This document shows positions 40,644 to 54,272 of a stretch of DNA of 64,000 nt, one piece after another (the stretch's first letter is position 1; the number at the start of each line of letters is the position of its first letter). The stretch is from Octopus sinensis (taxonomy: Eukaryota). The notes under the pieces were generated by a model, which saw only the letters and a program-made list of their open reading frames with translations, had not been told where the DNA came from and did not search any database. The stretch is from contig NC_043012.1 in assembly GCF_006345805.1 (NCBI RefSeq), positions 57,722,001-57,786,000 of the forward strand. The letters run 5' to 3'. The translations under genes were made by a program, and so were the position numbers.

Positions 40644-41481
40644 CTGAAAATAACAAAAAATGAATAGAGGAGACAACACAAATTATAGCTTAAATAGCAA
40701 TATTGAAAATAGTAATTTTTTTCATCATATTTTTGAATTAGATTTTTGAAATTGTCATTAATTTTCACGTTATTTTAAATAGAAAATAATCAGAATTCCT
40801 TACAAAGCGTTCAAATTCATCTCATTATTGTTGTTATTACTTTTATTATTTTTATCATTATTTTTTTCCATTGTTTTATTTTCAGTGATTTTTTTAAATG
40901 TTTTATTCGACTTTTTTTTTCAATTCTTGTTTCTCTTTGCATAGTCTGTGTTTGAGCGCGTGTTTTTTTAAATTGTCTTTTACATATATACACACACACA
41001 TATATATATATGTATATGTGTGTATTTGTGTGTGTGTGTGTGTGTGTATGTATTTTTCTAAGAATATATCTGTATATAGGTTTTGTTTTTATTTAGTAAT
41101 ATATTTAACGTGTCTGAAGATCGAGACTAATTTACCATTTACTTTGTATTCTTCTGTTTTAATGTTCCACACCAAAAATATTCCGACAAACCTGTTTTGC
41201 TACGTACGAAAAATTCTTTACCGATTTCTAAACTAAGAAAACGAAGTTAGTTCTGAGATTAAATGGAAAATAAATAAATATAGTAAATAAATAAATAAAT
41301 AAATAAATATAGTAAATAAAGACAAACACAAAAAAAAACCCTCAAAAATTGTAAACAAAAGAAAAATAAATAACAATTATTTGTTTTTTGGATTTTTATT
41401 TATTTATTATACTATTTCGCACATTGTATTCTGGAAATGCAACATACGAAAATTACACACTCAGACACACAGACAGACATG

Positions 41482-41514
<33 letters not shown>

Positions 41515-41540
41515 GAGCATGCATACATAGAGACACACGC

Positions 41541-41601
<61 letters not shown>

Positions 41602-42022
41602 TATATATATGTATATGTAGATATAGAAAGGCTACAAAACCATACTAATAACATATACACGGGTGCTCACACTCACACGTACTCCTGCACTCACACATCC
41701 ATGGACCTACTCAGTCAGAAGCCTACGCACACGTGGAGATGCACGCACAGAAACACATACGCACACACATACAAACAAAAATGCCACATTTAATCATGGA
41801 TCCATCGAGTCTCTGACAATTACGCCTACAGACTCACAACCGTTCTTACATATGCACGTACAGTCACACACACACACACGTATACACGCATATGCCTATA
41901 CCCAGGTTCTCATTCACATACAGATAGACACAAACATTCACAGATATTTGCAAAGTTCCATAAGCACATACGCACAAACATATACGAGAGTGTATACTTC
42001 ATTTCAGCCGTATATATATATA

Positions 42023-42064
<42 letters not shown>

Positions 42065-42080
42065 TATATATATATATATC

Positions 42081-42156
<76 letters not shown>

Positions 42157-42174
42157 GTTTTTATATACGTAGCC

Positions 42175-42356
42175 ACAAGCGTGGCTGAGTGGTAAGAAAA
42201 ACTGGCTTCTCAATTCTCATGTCCCGGGTTCATTCGCACTGCGTGGCACCTGGGGCAAATGTCTTCAACTATAGCCTGAGGCCGACCATAGCCTTGTGAG
42301 TGTATTTGATAACTGGAAACTGAAACAAGCTCGTCGTATATATATATATATGTATA

Positions 42357-42419
<63 letters not shown>

Positions 42420-42658
42420 GCCGATAAGAACAAGGAGAACAATAGGTGGTTCATCAACTTTTAGACATTAAAATGTTAACTTATTTATTTATTAAAATGA
42501 TAATTATAATAACACGCATACATATAGCATATTATTCTTTTTTAATAATTGGGTATTCTACCAGCTGTAGATTGGATAGATATTATCCCTTTGTGGGTTG
42601 GATTCACAAACTCCTAACTTTCTTGGAATTTATATATATATATATATTATATATATAT

Positions 42659-42689
<31 letters not shown>

Positions 42690-42932
42690 ATATATATTAT
42701 ATATAATATAACTTTGTGCATGGTGTGTTGTCCCCCGCCATCCCTTGAAAACTGATGATGATGTGTTTACGTCCCCGTAACCTAGCGGTTCGGCAAAAGG
42801 ACGAATGAAATAAGTATTAGTACTTTAATTTTTTTAAAAAAGGTACTGGGGTTGATTCATTCGACTATGAATTCTTCAGGGCGATGCTCCAGCATGGCCG
42901 CAGTGTAATGACTGAAACAAGTAAAAGATAAA
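42175..42932 (+). mobile_element. SINE family A split by an insertion in its internal (TA)n
   Basis: Head 42175-42337, tail 42725-42932, unrelated AT-rich insert between TA tracts. Confidence 0.75.
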
Positions 42933-43076
42933 AGCAATGTATATGCACGTAGGTTCTCTCTCTGCCAAACAAATATACACGCATGCGTACACTCTCACAT
43001 ATTTTCATAGTTACATTTACACCTTAACTTACACACGAACATGCACACGTACACATACTTACTAAGACACAAATAT

Positions 43077-43107
<31 letters not shown>

Positions 43108-43372
43108 AACAACACACACACAACACACACACACACACAAACACAGGCACACACCCACACATACACACACACATCCAAACTCACACACAGACATACGTAC
43201 GTACGTCAGTGCTACCCATGTTACGCTCACACAACCCGTTTCTGCCAAATAAACATACGGGCGCACAGTCCTACAAAACACACACATACACACACACACA
43301 TGCACAACACATGCACGCACACACACACACACACATACACACACACATGCACGCACACATGCACGCACACAT

Positions 43373-43407
<35 letters not shown>

Positions 43408-43949
43408 CACGCACACACACACACACACACACATGCACGCACACATGCACGCACACACACACACACACACATACACACAGACACACTCACACACACCACA
43501 CACACACACACACATGCACGCACACATGCACGCACACACACATACTGACTTGTGCATGCGTGAGCGTATGTATGCGGTTGAAAGAAACAGCTAGCTAGAC
43601 AGAAATATATATATATATATATATATGTATGAGAGGAAGAAAGACAGAGAGAGAAAGAGAGAGAAAGAGAGTGAGAGAGAGTGAATGAGTGAATGAGTGA
43701 GAGAGGAAGTTAGAGAAGGAGAGAGGGACAGAGACTAAGCGAAAAACGTGAAAATGTTCATTGCTATAGATCTTGGATTTGATTAAGTTTTCTGGGAAAG
43801 ACGGAAGGAGAGAAAGAAAAATAAAAATAAAAACAACAAATGCAAAGAAAAAAAAAACAGGAAGTGAATAAAGAAACAAAGACAACATGAGAAAATACAC
43901 GCACGCACGCACACACACAGATACAGATACAGCAGAGCGTAAAAACAAA

Positions 43950-44160
43950 GGTCACGCCATCGGCAGATCAACTGGCGTTCGGCCAAAACAGGAGTAAATT
44001 CATCATTTAGGCAATCTCTCGTATAATTGGATCCACGGCAATGGCGGCCAAGCTAAATCATGGATCCGATCGACGTTATTGCTTCTCTCTTTAGATTTAC
44101 ATTTGAAATCCCGTAATAAGTAATCACCAATTGTAAACTTGAATTAACTGTCCAAACTTT
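43950..44160. promoter_or_regulatory. Candidate promoter/enhancer island
   Basis: Unique, CpG-containing 200 bp with YY1-like caatggcggcc (44039), CCAAT/ATTGG (44026, 44127), TGATTTAG on the minus strand (44053-44060) and several TAAT cores; CACGTG nearby at 44550. Confidence 0.35.
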
Positions 44161-44161
44161 G

Positions 44162-44440
44162 ATTCTTCTTCTTCTTCTTCTTCTTCTTCTTCTTCTTCTT
44201 CTTCTTCTTCTTCTTCTTCTTCTTCTTCTTCTTCTTCTTCTTCTTCTCTTCTTCTTCTTCTTCTTCTTCTTCTTCTTCTTCTTCTTCTTCTTCTTCTTCT
44301 TCTCTTCTCTTCTCTTCTCTTCTCCTTCTTCTTCTTCTTCTTTTTCTTTTTCTTCTCCTCCTCCTCCTCCTCCTCCTCCTTCTTCTTCTTCTTTTCTCCT
44401 CTCCTCCTCCTCCTCCTTCTTCTTCTTCTTCTTCTTCTTG
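44162..44440. repeat. (TTC)n/(CTC)n polypyrimidine tract
   Basis: Direct reading, about 280 bp. Confidence 0.97.
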
Positions 44441-44564
44441 TGTGTGTGTGCGCGAGCGTGATGTGTATGTGTATGTTTGTGTGTATTTCGTGTATATTTT
44501 TTGGTATTTTTCTCATTTCAGCTTCACCCCGCAAAACCCTGCGACTTTTCACGTGCTAAGTGGA

Positions 44565-44595
<31 letters not shown>

Positions 44596-44626
44596 TGTGT
44601 GTGTGTGTGTACAATATATTTATGTG

Positions 44627-44662
<36 letters not shown>

Positions 44663-45019
44663 TTGCAATATATTTACATATATGTGTATATATATGTATG
44701 TATCATTATATGTATGTATATAGTTAAATAAAGAGATGAACGATAAACGAAATTGTTTACTCTGAAATTTAATGTAATAAAATGAGACGGTATGGAAAAG
44801 AGGACAAGAAGCTCTTGTCAGGTTTCAAGAGTAAAATGAGGGTGTTCCGAAGACTTAATCCTATGGTACTACTATTCTGGATGCACCTGTAATAGGAAGA
44901 CCATCACTGAGGTAGTTGTCATTATAGAGAATGAAAGAAGATGACTTAGAATATGGAAGGCAACAATATACAAATGAGAAAGAAAATTGGGTCTTTTCCT
45001 TCTCAAGCACAGATTTTTT

Positions 45020-45386
45020 AATAAATTTTTTTAACTAAACACTTTGAAACTTCGTATACTGGTTGAATGTGTCACTTGACCAGAGTCTACTCTTAAGGTT
45101 TTTGATAAAATTTTGTGTTTTAGAAGTTATTTCGTTTTAATTTTAACCAACCAATGACGTGTATTCAGCTGCATAAAGTTACTGCTGCTGTTTGCAAACA
45201 ACTATTTCTGGCTCATTACTTTTACAAAATTATTACATAGACAGACCAACGACGGAGCCTCTATGAGGTTGCATCACCTGCTGGAAAAAAAGTAGCCAAC
45301 CTTTTTTATATACAGAATAGAAAAACCTCTGACATATTCAATCTGTATCCGAAGTTTCAAACTATTTAGTTAAAAAAAATTTATTT
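45020..45386. mobile_element. Old MITE with ~55-bp imperfect inverted repeats
   Basis: ataaatttttttaactaaacactttgaaacttcgtatac...gaatgtgtc versus the reverse complement of gacatattcaatctgtatccgaagtttcaaactatttagttaaaaaaaatttat. Confidence 0.65.
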
Positions 45387-45599
45387 GTGACTGAGATTGA
45401 CAAGACCCGTGATACTACTCTCGTACAACACTGAATATTGGAATGGAAGCACTCCGTCGGTTACGACGACGAGGGTTCCGGTTGATCCGAATCAACGGAA
45501 CATCCTGCTCGTGAAATTAACGTGTAAGTGGCTGAGCACTCTACAGACACGTGTACCCTTAACGTAGTTGTCGGGGATATTCAGCGTGACACAGAGAGT

Positions 45600-45699
45600 N
45601 NNNNNNNNNNNNNNNNNNNNNNNNNNNNNNNNNNNNNNNNNNNNNNNNNNNNNNNNNNNNNNNNNNNNNNNNNNNNNNNNNNNNNNNNNNNNNNNNNNN
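45600..45699. other. Assembly gap (100 N)
   Basis: Run of N. Confidence 1.
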
Positions 45700-45740
45700 A
45701 CTCCACCTGCCTTCGTCTTTTGTCTATTTTCGTAAACCCC

Positions 45741-45811
<71 letters not shown>

Positions 45812-45898
45812 AAGGGTGGAAAGGAACACACGAGTTGATATATATGAAAAAACAAGTCAAAAATAGAAAATGCTAAAATAATTTTATAGTGAATCTTT

Positions 45899-45935
45899 CA
45901 GTACCGTTTCGGTCATTTTGAGACCTTTTCAACTG
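45899..45935 (-). ncRNA. Minimal type I hammerhead, U3-A8 core variant, within a Penelope-like 3' remnant (~45810-46250)
   Basis: cag TTGAAAA GGTC tcaaaat GACC GAAAC g GTA ctg: stem I cag/ctg, stem II ggtc/gacc, GTA triplet. Confidence 0.7.
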
Positions 45936-46761
45936 TAACGATTAAATAATAAATTTTAAAAAATTAGAAGAAAAGTTTTTTTAAAGGAATATTTCTATAG
46001 TAGTGTGGGATATAAAGTGGCATTCTGCCTTTCTCTGACTCCCTTGTTTGCACTTGTGTGTGGAGGTCGTTGTGAGTTCTTGGTAGGGTAGGAGAAGAAG
46101 ATGAGGAGAGGGGGTGGGAAAATCTGGGAGTGCCCTGATGGTCGTATTTTGAATGGTCAGTGGCGGCCAGCAGTCGCAGTTCAATTCAGGAGAATATTTC
46201 TATTGAAAGGCTTGTTTATGGAATTTGCGTAGGCGTTATACTAAAAAACATTAGTGACAAGGTTAAGGGGTAGAAGGTGGAGAAGTAGAGGAAGAAGATG
46301 ACGATGTTGATGATGATGATGATGAAGAAGAAGAAGAAGAAGAAGAAGAAGAGAAGAAGAAGAAGAAGAAGAAGGAGAAGATGATGATGATGATGATGGT
46401 GGTGATGATGATGACGACGATGATGATGATAATGATGATGATGAAAAAGAAGAGGAAGAAGAAGAAAAAAACAGAGAAGGGAGAATATGAATGGGTGAAA
46501 GTATAGCTGTGATGGGGCTGATTAGTAATGGATTCTATGGAATGTAATATTTGTGTGTGTATATTTCTTTTATTCTAAAGTTGAGGTATATTAATTGTTT
46601 GTCGTAGACCCGTTAAGAAGTGGCCTGTATTTTGTAATAAAGAGATTTTCTTTATTACAGAGATGTAAAGAGATGTATATATATATACATGCTTTTGGTA
46701 TGAGACTAAGCCTCAACTGGAATTTTCCTAGACAAATCAAACGGTTTTCTTTTATTCTATT

Positions 46762-47163
46762 ACTCTTTCATTTGTTTCAGTCATTTGACAGCGGCTGAGC
46801 TGGAGCACTGTCTTTGGTCGAACAGATCGACCCTAGGACTTGGACGTTGTAAGCTTAGTACTTATCATAGAGATCCCTTTTGCCGAATCGCTAGCTTACG
46901 GGGACGTAAACACACCAACATCAGTGGTCAAGCAATGGTGGGGGACAAACAGACAAACAAACATATGTACACACACACACACACACACACACATATTTAT
47001 ATTCATATATATATATGACGGGCTTCTTTCATTTTCCGGCTACCAAATCCACTGACAGGGGTTTGGTCGGCCCGAGTCTATAGTAGAAGATACTTAACCA
47101 AATTTCCACGCAGTGGGACTGAACTCGGAAACATGTGGTTGGTAAGCAAGCTACTTACCATAC
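46762..47163 (-). mobile_element. SINE family A
   Basis: Reverse-complement copy. Confidence 0.88.
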
Positions 47164-47434
47164 AATTTTGCAAGTGAAATAGTAACAGATGCTACTGGGT
47201 CACAGAAGGAATTAGTCTAATGATTGTACCAAAGCTTCACATCATTATCCCTCAGTCAACTATAAACCATAGTAGAATTAGTAAGAGGTGCCTTAAATTA
47301 GAGTACTATGTCCATTTCTAGGCAGTTGGTATATATATGGAAAAAATATATTTACAAGCGCACCTGTGACCTCGTCTGTATCATTAGCGATTTTTTCCCC
47401 TGTCTTCCCTTCTCGGGATCTTTCCTTCTCCTAT

Positions 47435-47469
47435 GTTTCCGACGAAGAGCTCCGCTCGAAACGTCAAAC
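47435..47469 (+). ncRNA. Minimal type I hammerhead, C4 core variant (CCGACGA)
   Basis: gttt CCGACGA a GAGC tcc GCTC GAAAC GTC aaac: stems I and II perfect, palindromic ACGT stem III. Confidence 0.7.
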
Positions 47470-47906
47470 CCTCCTTCTTCCCTTCTTTCCTGAGCGTCCA
47501 CTAATACTTTATTTGTTCCACGTCCATGCGTTGTTTTACAATATAAGAAAATGGAGAAACACATCTTAATCAATGATCAACTACCAGATAATACCCAATC
47601 ACATAATTTATTAAACCACTGACCTTAATGTTCATATGTAGTGGTTTAATAAATTATGTGATTGGGTATTATCTGGTAGTTGATAATTGATTAAGATGTG
47701 TTTCTCCATTTTCTTATTTTGTATTATTAATTTGCGGTAAAACATTTTACCTTCGCCCATATAATACAGTAAATGAATTAACTGCATCGCAATTCTTAAC
47801 ATTTATGTATTACTTTGTTGGGTACTTCACTAGCAGTATATTGGATATGTTATCCACGGAGGGCTGCACTTGCAACCCCTATCTCAATTTGTATATTAAT
47901 ATATAT

Positions 47907-47950
<44 letters not shown>

Positions 47951-48054
47951 TATGTATGTATATATATACACTATACACACATATATACATACATATATAT
48001 ATACATATATATACATCTACGTGTATATATTATATTATATATATATTATATATA

Positions 48055-48059
<5 letters not shown>

Positions 48060-48093
<34 letters not shown>

Positions 48094-49007
48094 GAGAGAG
48101 AGATGTACACACATATATACATACACAAACACATTCACATACAGATAAACACGCGCACACACGCACATATGTACTTATACATAATCAGTTAAAGTATCGA
48201 TTACATGCAATGAAAATTAAATAAACGATCTTAACAAAAGCAATTAATTTCACAAGACGGCAAAGAGTTGAAGAAAAGCCAAATATACAAATATGAGAAA
48301 ATTACGTGTGACTTGCATCTAATGACTTTGTAGTGCTAGAGACGTGACATTAAATTGGCTGGTCGATTTAATATATGCACAAGAATCGATTACGTATTAT
48401 GGCATGTGCATTGCAAGCACAGAAGTACGTACATGACGTGAGCTTAATTTTAGATTTTATATTGCATATAAACCTACAGGCTGCAGCAAATTTGAATGAT
48501 TAACGCTGTGTGTGAAACTGTGAAATATTGAACGCTTGTGGGTCTGTATTTTCTCGGCTGAATGTCAGTAATTTAGTATATACTGCTCTATTGAGTCTTA
48601 AATGACAGCGCTAATGTTTTATTTCGTAATGCTTTTGATATCATTAAAGCCAAGCTGTGTTGGCAAAAACAATGGAGTAATTTTGAAATTTCATAATGAT
48701 ATGTGCCTCTATGTTCAGAATGAAATGTTTATATCCGAGACTGAACCAAAAAAATAATTCAAATAAAAATTGCTTTACTCTCTGACTCACTCTCGTAATT
48801 GTATTTGTTTTGTTTCTTGTTTATTTTAAGCTTTTTTTTTAATATCACAGGGATCAATAATATTCTACTGGTAACATATCGAGGTCAATCCATTAGTAAA
48901 CCATTTTTCATTGACCTGCTAGGAATGACAGCTAATTTTCGCTCTAAACACCATCCAACTATTGTAATAAAAAAAGAAAAGCACGAGATCATGTAATCTA
49001 TCACTAC

Positions 49008-49049
<42 letters not shown>

Positions 49050-49074
49050 GTGTGTGTGTGTGTATATATATATA

Positions 49075-49112
<38 letters not shown>

Positions 49113-50027
49113 GAGAGAAGAGAGATAGAGAGAGAGAGAGAGATGTACACACATATATACATACACAAACAACATCACATACAGATAAACACGCGCACAC
49201 ACGCACATATGTACTTATACATAATCAGTTAAAGTATCGATTACATGCAATGAAAAATTAATAACGATCTTAACAAAAGCAATTAATTTCACAAGACGGC
49301 AAAGAGTTGAAGAAAAGCCAAATATACAATATGAGAAAATTACGTGTGACTTGCATCTAATGACTTGTAGTGCTAGAGACGTGACATTAAATTGGATGGT
49401 CGATTTATATGCACAAGAATCGATTACGTATATGGCATGTGCATTGCAAGCACAGAAAAAGTACGTACATGACGTGAGCTTAATTTTAGATTTTATATTG
49501 CATATAAACCTACAGGCTGCAGCAAATTTGAATGATTAACGCTGTGTGTGAAACTGTGAAATATTGAACGCTTGTGGGTCTGTATTTTCTGCTGAATGTC
49601 AGTAATTAGTATATACTGCTCTATTGAGTCTAAATGACAGCGCTAATGTTTTATTTCGTAATGCTTTTGATTATCATTAAAGCCAAGCTGTGTTGGCAAA
49701 AACAATGGAGTAATTTTGAAATTTCATAATGATATGTGCCTCTATGTTCAGAATGAAATGTTATATCCGAGACTGAACCAAAAAAAAAAATTCAAATAAA
49801 AATTGCTTTACTCTCTGACTCACTCTCGTATTGTATTTGTTTTGTTTCTTGTTTATTTTAAGCTTTTTTTATTAACACAGGGGATCAATAATATTCTACT
49901 GGTAACATATCGAGGTCAATCCATTAGTAAACCATTTTTCATTGACCTGCTAGGAAGGACAGCTAATTTTCGCTCTAAACACATCCAACTATTGTAATAA
50001 AAAAAGAAAAGCACGAGATCATGTAAT
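48060..50027. repeat. ~1.04-kb tandem duplication
   Basis: agatgtacac at 48101 and 49141; gcacgagatcatgtaat at 48981 and 50011; differences are mostly 1-nt indels. Confidence 0.95.
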
Positions 50028-50034
50028 TCTACAA

Positions 50035-50094
<60 letters not shown>

Positions 50095-50120
50095 ATAAAT
50101 ATATATATACATATATAAAA

Positions 50121-50187
<67 letters not shown>

Positions 50188-50404
50188 TAAAGATGGCGTC
50201 CTCACAGCTGCCATGCTATAAAATATCGACCTACTTGACCAGTGCTGGTCTCGGCTTGTTTGCAATAATCATAATCGACTTAGAATCGAATATTAAAGAA
50301 CTGGACAAGTACTCGAAAAAATAAAGTACCAGTGAAGTAGTGGGATCTGCTCAGTTGACTGTAACCTCCAAAACATATTTCTGGGTTCTGCTAATATTGA
50401 TTTC

Positions 50405-50750
50405 AAGTTTTGGCTCAAGGCCAGCAATTTTAGGGAAAGGGTTAAGTTGAATATAACGACCCCAGTGCTCTGCTGTTACTTATTTTATCAACCTCGAAAG
50501 GATAAAAGTCGAAGTCGACCTCAGCGGAATTTGAACTCAGAACATACAGACAGACGAAATACTGCTAAGCATTTCGCTCTGCGTGCTAACGTTTCTGCCA
50601 GGTCGCCGCCTTCGACGTAAACAATACTAAAGTTGCGCAGGTGTGGCTGTATGGTAAGAAATTTAAACAGACAGAATTTGAACTTAGACGGACGAAATGC
50701 CGCTAAGCATTTTATCCGGCGTTCTTACGATTTTCTGCCTGCTCGTCGCC
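50405..50750 (-). mobile_element. SINE family B copies
   Basis: Reverse complement of family B head and body. Confidence 0.8.
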
Positions 50751-51269
50751 CCTTTAACTTCTGCTAACATTAAGAATCAATGCTATTTCTGATGACAATT
50801 TTTTTTTTTGGAAGACAGGCTTATGATGCTAGTTTTAGTGTTCAAAGAGGTGCTCCAGCATGGTTGAGGTCCAATGACTGAAACAATTTAAAAATGAAAG
50901 GTAAAATATTCCATATATCAGAACATTTGTATTAAGCGAATGTCTTAATTTTATCTTCCATATAACAACATTTGTGCAGACCCATGGCCCAGTAGTTTGG
51001 GTGTTGCTCTCATGATCACAAGACCTTGATTTCACTTTCTGGACCAAGCGGTGCGTTGTGTTCCCGAGCAAAACACTTAGTTCTGCCTTCAAAATAACTG
51101 GACGTTTGACGGAAGTTATTTTCTGTTAGTCTTCCCTTCTGTGTAACAACAGAACTTTTTGCTACAGTTATTCTCTACCATCTTTATAGCTTCAACGAAT
51201 ATAGTCATCTCGTTGTTCACGGGTTCGTGTACTTGTCTTTTGATCACACAGGAAATCCCTTTGCTATTT

Positions 51270-51585
51270 CCATTTTAAGTCGATCGATTTCAATTTATGT
51301 TAATTCAGGCATATTTGGGTTAATCGATTCGAATTTAGATTCAACCATTTGAATTTGGGTCAGTTCATTTCAATGTGGGTCGATCCAGTCGTTTTTGTGC
51401 CGACTCTTGTGAATACTAATCCTATATATTTGAATAGAGAACTAACCCTTTCTGAATTTGGGTCTAATCATATGAATTCGTTTGGGTAAATCTTTTTTAA
51501 TTGGGTCAGTCCATTTCAATTTGGGTTAATTCATTGTAATTTGGGTCGACCCAAGTGAATTTGAATCTTACCAGCTTGAACTTGC
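51270..51585. repeat. Degenerate ~20-bp minisatellite (approximate consensus aatttgggtcgatccatttc)
   Basis: More than 10 imperfect copies, e.g. aatttgggtcagttcatttc, aatgtgggtcgatccagtcg, aatttgggttaattcattgt, aatttgggtcgacccaagtg. Confidence 0.7.
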
Positions 51586-52696
51586 ATTCTCTTCTAAGTT
51601 ATCATTCAACAAACACACACACACGTTTATGCATTAAGTAGTCAGAAGAAGCCGCTTAATATGATCATTTTCTAACGGATCCATTTAGATAAAAATAATC
51701 GGCTGCTAATATAAAACAGTAAATATAATACTGCGATGAACATATCTGGGATTCCCCAAATCCGATAATGATGACCGTCTGATAGCATTATCCATGACTA
51801 CAGTAAGCGGCTTTCATTCCATATACTGTATTCGATATTATTATCATGCGTTATTGGAGTTGAGCCAAAATCTCATTCCTCTATTACCAAAGGATGAATT
51901 TATGATTGGAACTGTCCTTTAGTCGGCAATGAAACAACCTGTTTTTATCGATCCCTGAGGAATAAAAGACATATCGAGACCAGCGGGATTTGAACTACAT
52001 AATGGCATTTTATATGATGCGTTATTGATTTTCCCCAACTAGCTGTTCTTTGTCATTAAGAATAATAGCATAGACTACAGCATGGATTTTTTTTTTTCAA
52101 TTTAATTATCCGACATTAAGTTTTTATGTTCGCATTTAGCAATTTATGTGGCGTACAAATTCAGTATTTCATTTAGCACCGAGGTGGAAAAGGCAATAGT
52201 TTATAATAGTGTTTTGTGAAGCCATATAGCAAATTTGATTACAGTTCTACGTTATCCTACATTTAATACATTCAATAACATAATACGCTTATGACTCTGA
52301 GGACTGTTAACCTCATGTTTAGGTGTATAGTCTACATTATATGTTCATTATGCTTTGACTGTTTTATACATTAAGTGTCTGGTCCCTGGATATACACATC
52401 AATTAGATTCGAACAAGGAAATTTTATTTTGTAAGTTAAAACATCGTTCTTGTACACACACACATATATATATATATATGTAAGAGTAGGTAGCTGGAAC
52501 TTCGAAGTCACTTTCAGAACTGTTTTGTTTTTGTAATAGTATAACAAATATGTACTCTACAAAAGCGTCCAGTGATCATTCTGTTTAACGTACAAACTGT
52601 TTTTTCATCATAAAGACACAAAAACAGACTACCTAACTACTATCTATCTATCTATTGATCTGCCTGTCTGTCTCTCTGTCTATCTATCTATCTGCC

Positions 52697-52749
<53 letters not shown>

Positions 52750-53612
52750 GCCTGACTGTCTGTCTGTCTATCTCTCTATCTGTCTCTCTGTCTGTCTGTC
52801 TGTCTATCTATTTGTCTGTCTGCCTGTCTGCTTGTCTGTCTGTTTCTGTATAGGTGCGTATGTATGTATGAGAGAGAGAGACAGAAAAAAAGGGAGAGAA
52901 TAAGAGAGAGAAAGTGATAGAGTGCATGAAAGAGGGAGGCTATATGAAAGGATGATTTTATGGGTCGAATATATATATGGTTGGTTCTCGCATATGCATT
53001 ATAGAGAGTTGCAATTCTTTAATTAATTAATTGAGATTATCCATGCAATTAATGTGTGTAAAAATCTCCCTCTATGATGGACTTTTTTCCACTAATGTAA
53101 AAGCATCTAATTCCAGTAGGATCATCTAATCGAATTTTTTAGGAAGAAAAAGACGATAATGTAAAGCAACAAAGGCAAAAGTTAGCAGTTTTGTTAGAAA
53201 GTTAGTACAGAGCGGCACGGTACTCGTTTCAATTTTCAGTATTCTGGTTTCAAATCCAGCCAAGGACATTTTTACATTTCATCATATCTGGGTCGATATA
53301 AAATACCAAATGAATAGTAGTAGTAGCTGTCAAACGTCGTTATAGATAGAAAGTGATGGGAAGGGAGGAAACAGAGAGAGACGGAGGAAGACAGGCAGAT
53401 AAGAGAATGAGAGAAGATTTCTCAAAGTGTGCGTTTTTTGCCCTAGTAACCACACCTTTTATGATAGGGATTTCTAACCTAGCCCACTCACATCATCACC
53501 TCATTTTACATGTCCCTGTAAATTTTGGAGCCAATCCGATGGGATCTAGCGCCCTTTAACCAGTTCCAATGCCAAAACCAGACAAAGAAACTTTCTCATT
53601 TCAGATTTATAT

Positions 53613-53670
<58 letters not shown>

Positions 53671-54204
53671 TATATATATATAAATATGTGTGTGTGTGTG
53701 TGTGTATCTTTCTGTCTGTTTGTACCCGACCTCCACTTGACAACCAGTGTTGGTTTGGTTACGTTCGGCACAAGCTGCTGCTATAATAAGTACCAGGTTT
53801 TAAAAAACGTACTGGAGTCGATTCTTTCGACTAAAACGAAAAAAAACCCCAAAAAACTCCAAGGCAGTGCCCCAACATGGCCGTAGTGTAATGATTGAAA
53901 CAAGTAAAAGATAATATGTTATTATTGACGTTTTACCGATTCAGCCAATCGCTGAGCAAAAATATTGCATAGGTGATGTTCACTTCATCATCGGATAATT
54001 CTGTTATACTGTTACCTATGTTGGAATGGAAACATTTAACGAATGAGAACTATCTGAGGTATTGTTTAAGTTTTCTCTTTCTACGTGTATATTTTTTTTA
54101 CTCCAGGAAAGTAAAACCGTTTGCTACAGTTTAATAGTTATAATGATAATAACAACAATAATAATAATGATGATAATAATAATAATTATAATAATAATAA
54201 TAAT

Positions 54205-54250
<46 letters not shown>

Positions 54251-54272
54251 TAATAATAATAATAATAATAAT

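Noticed and set aside
44124-44552. Charged Arg/Glu/Lys-rich 142-aa ORF
   Set aside because: Simply the (GAA)n strand of the TTC tract.
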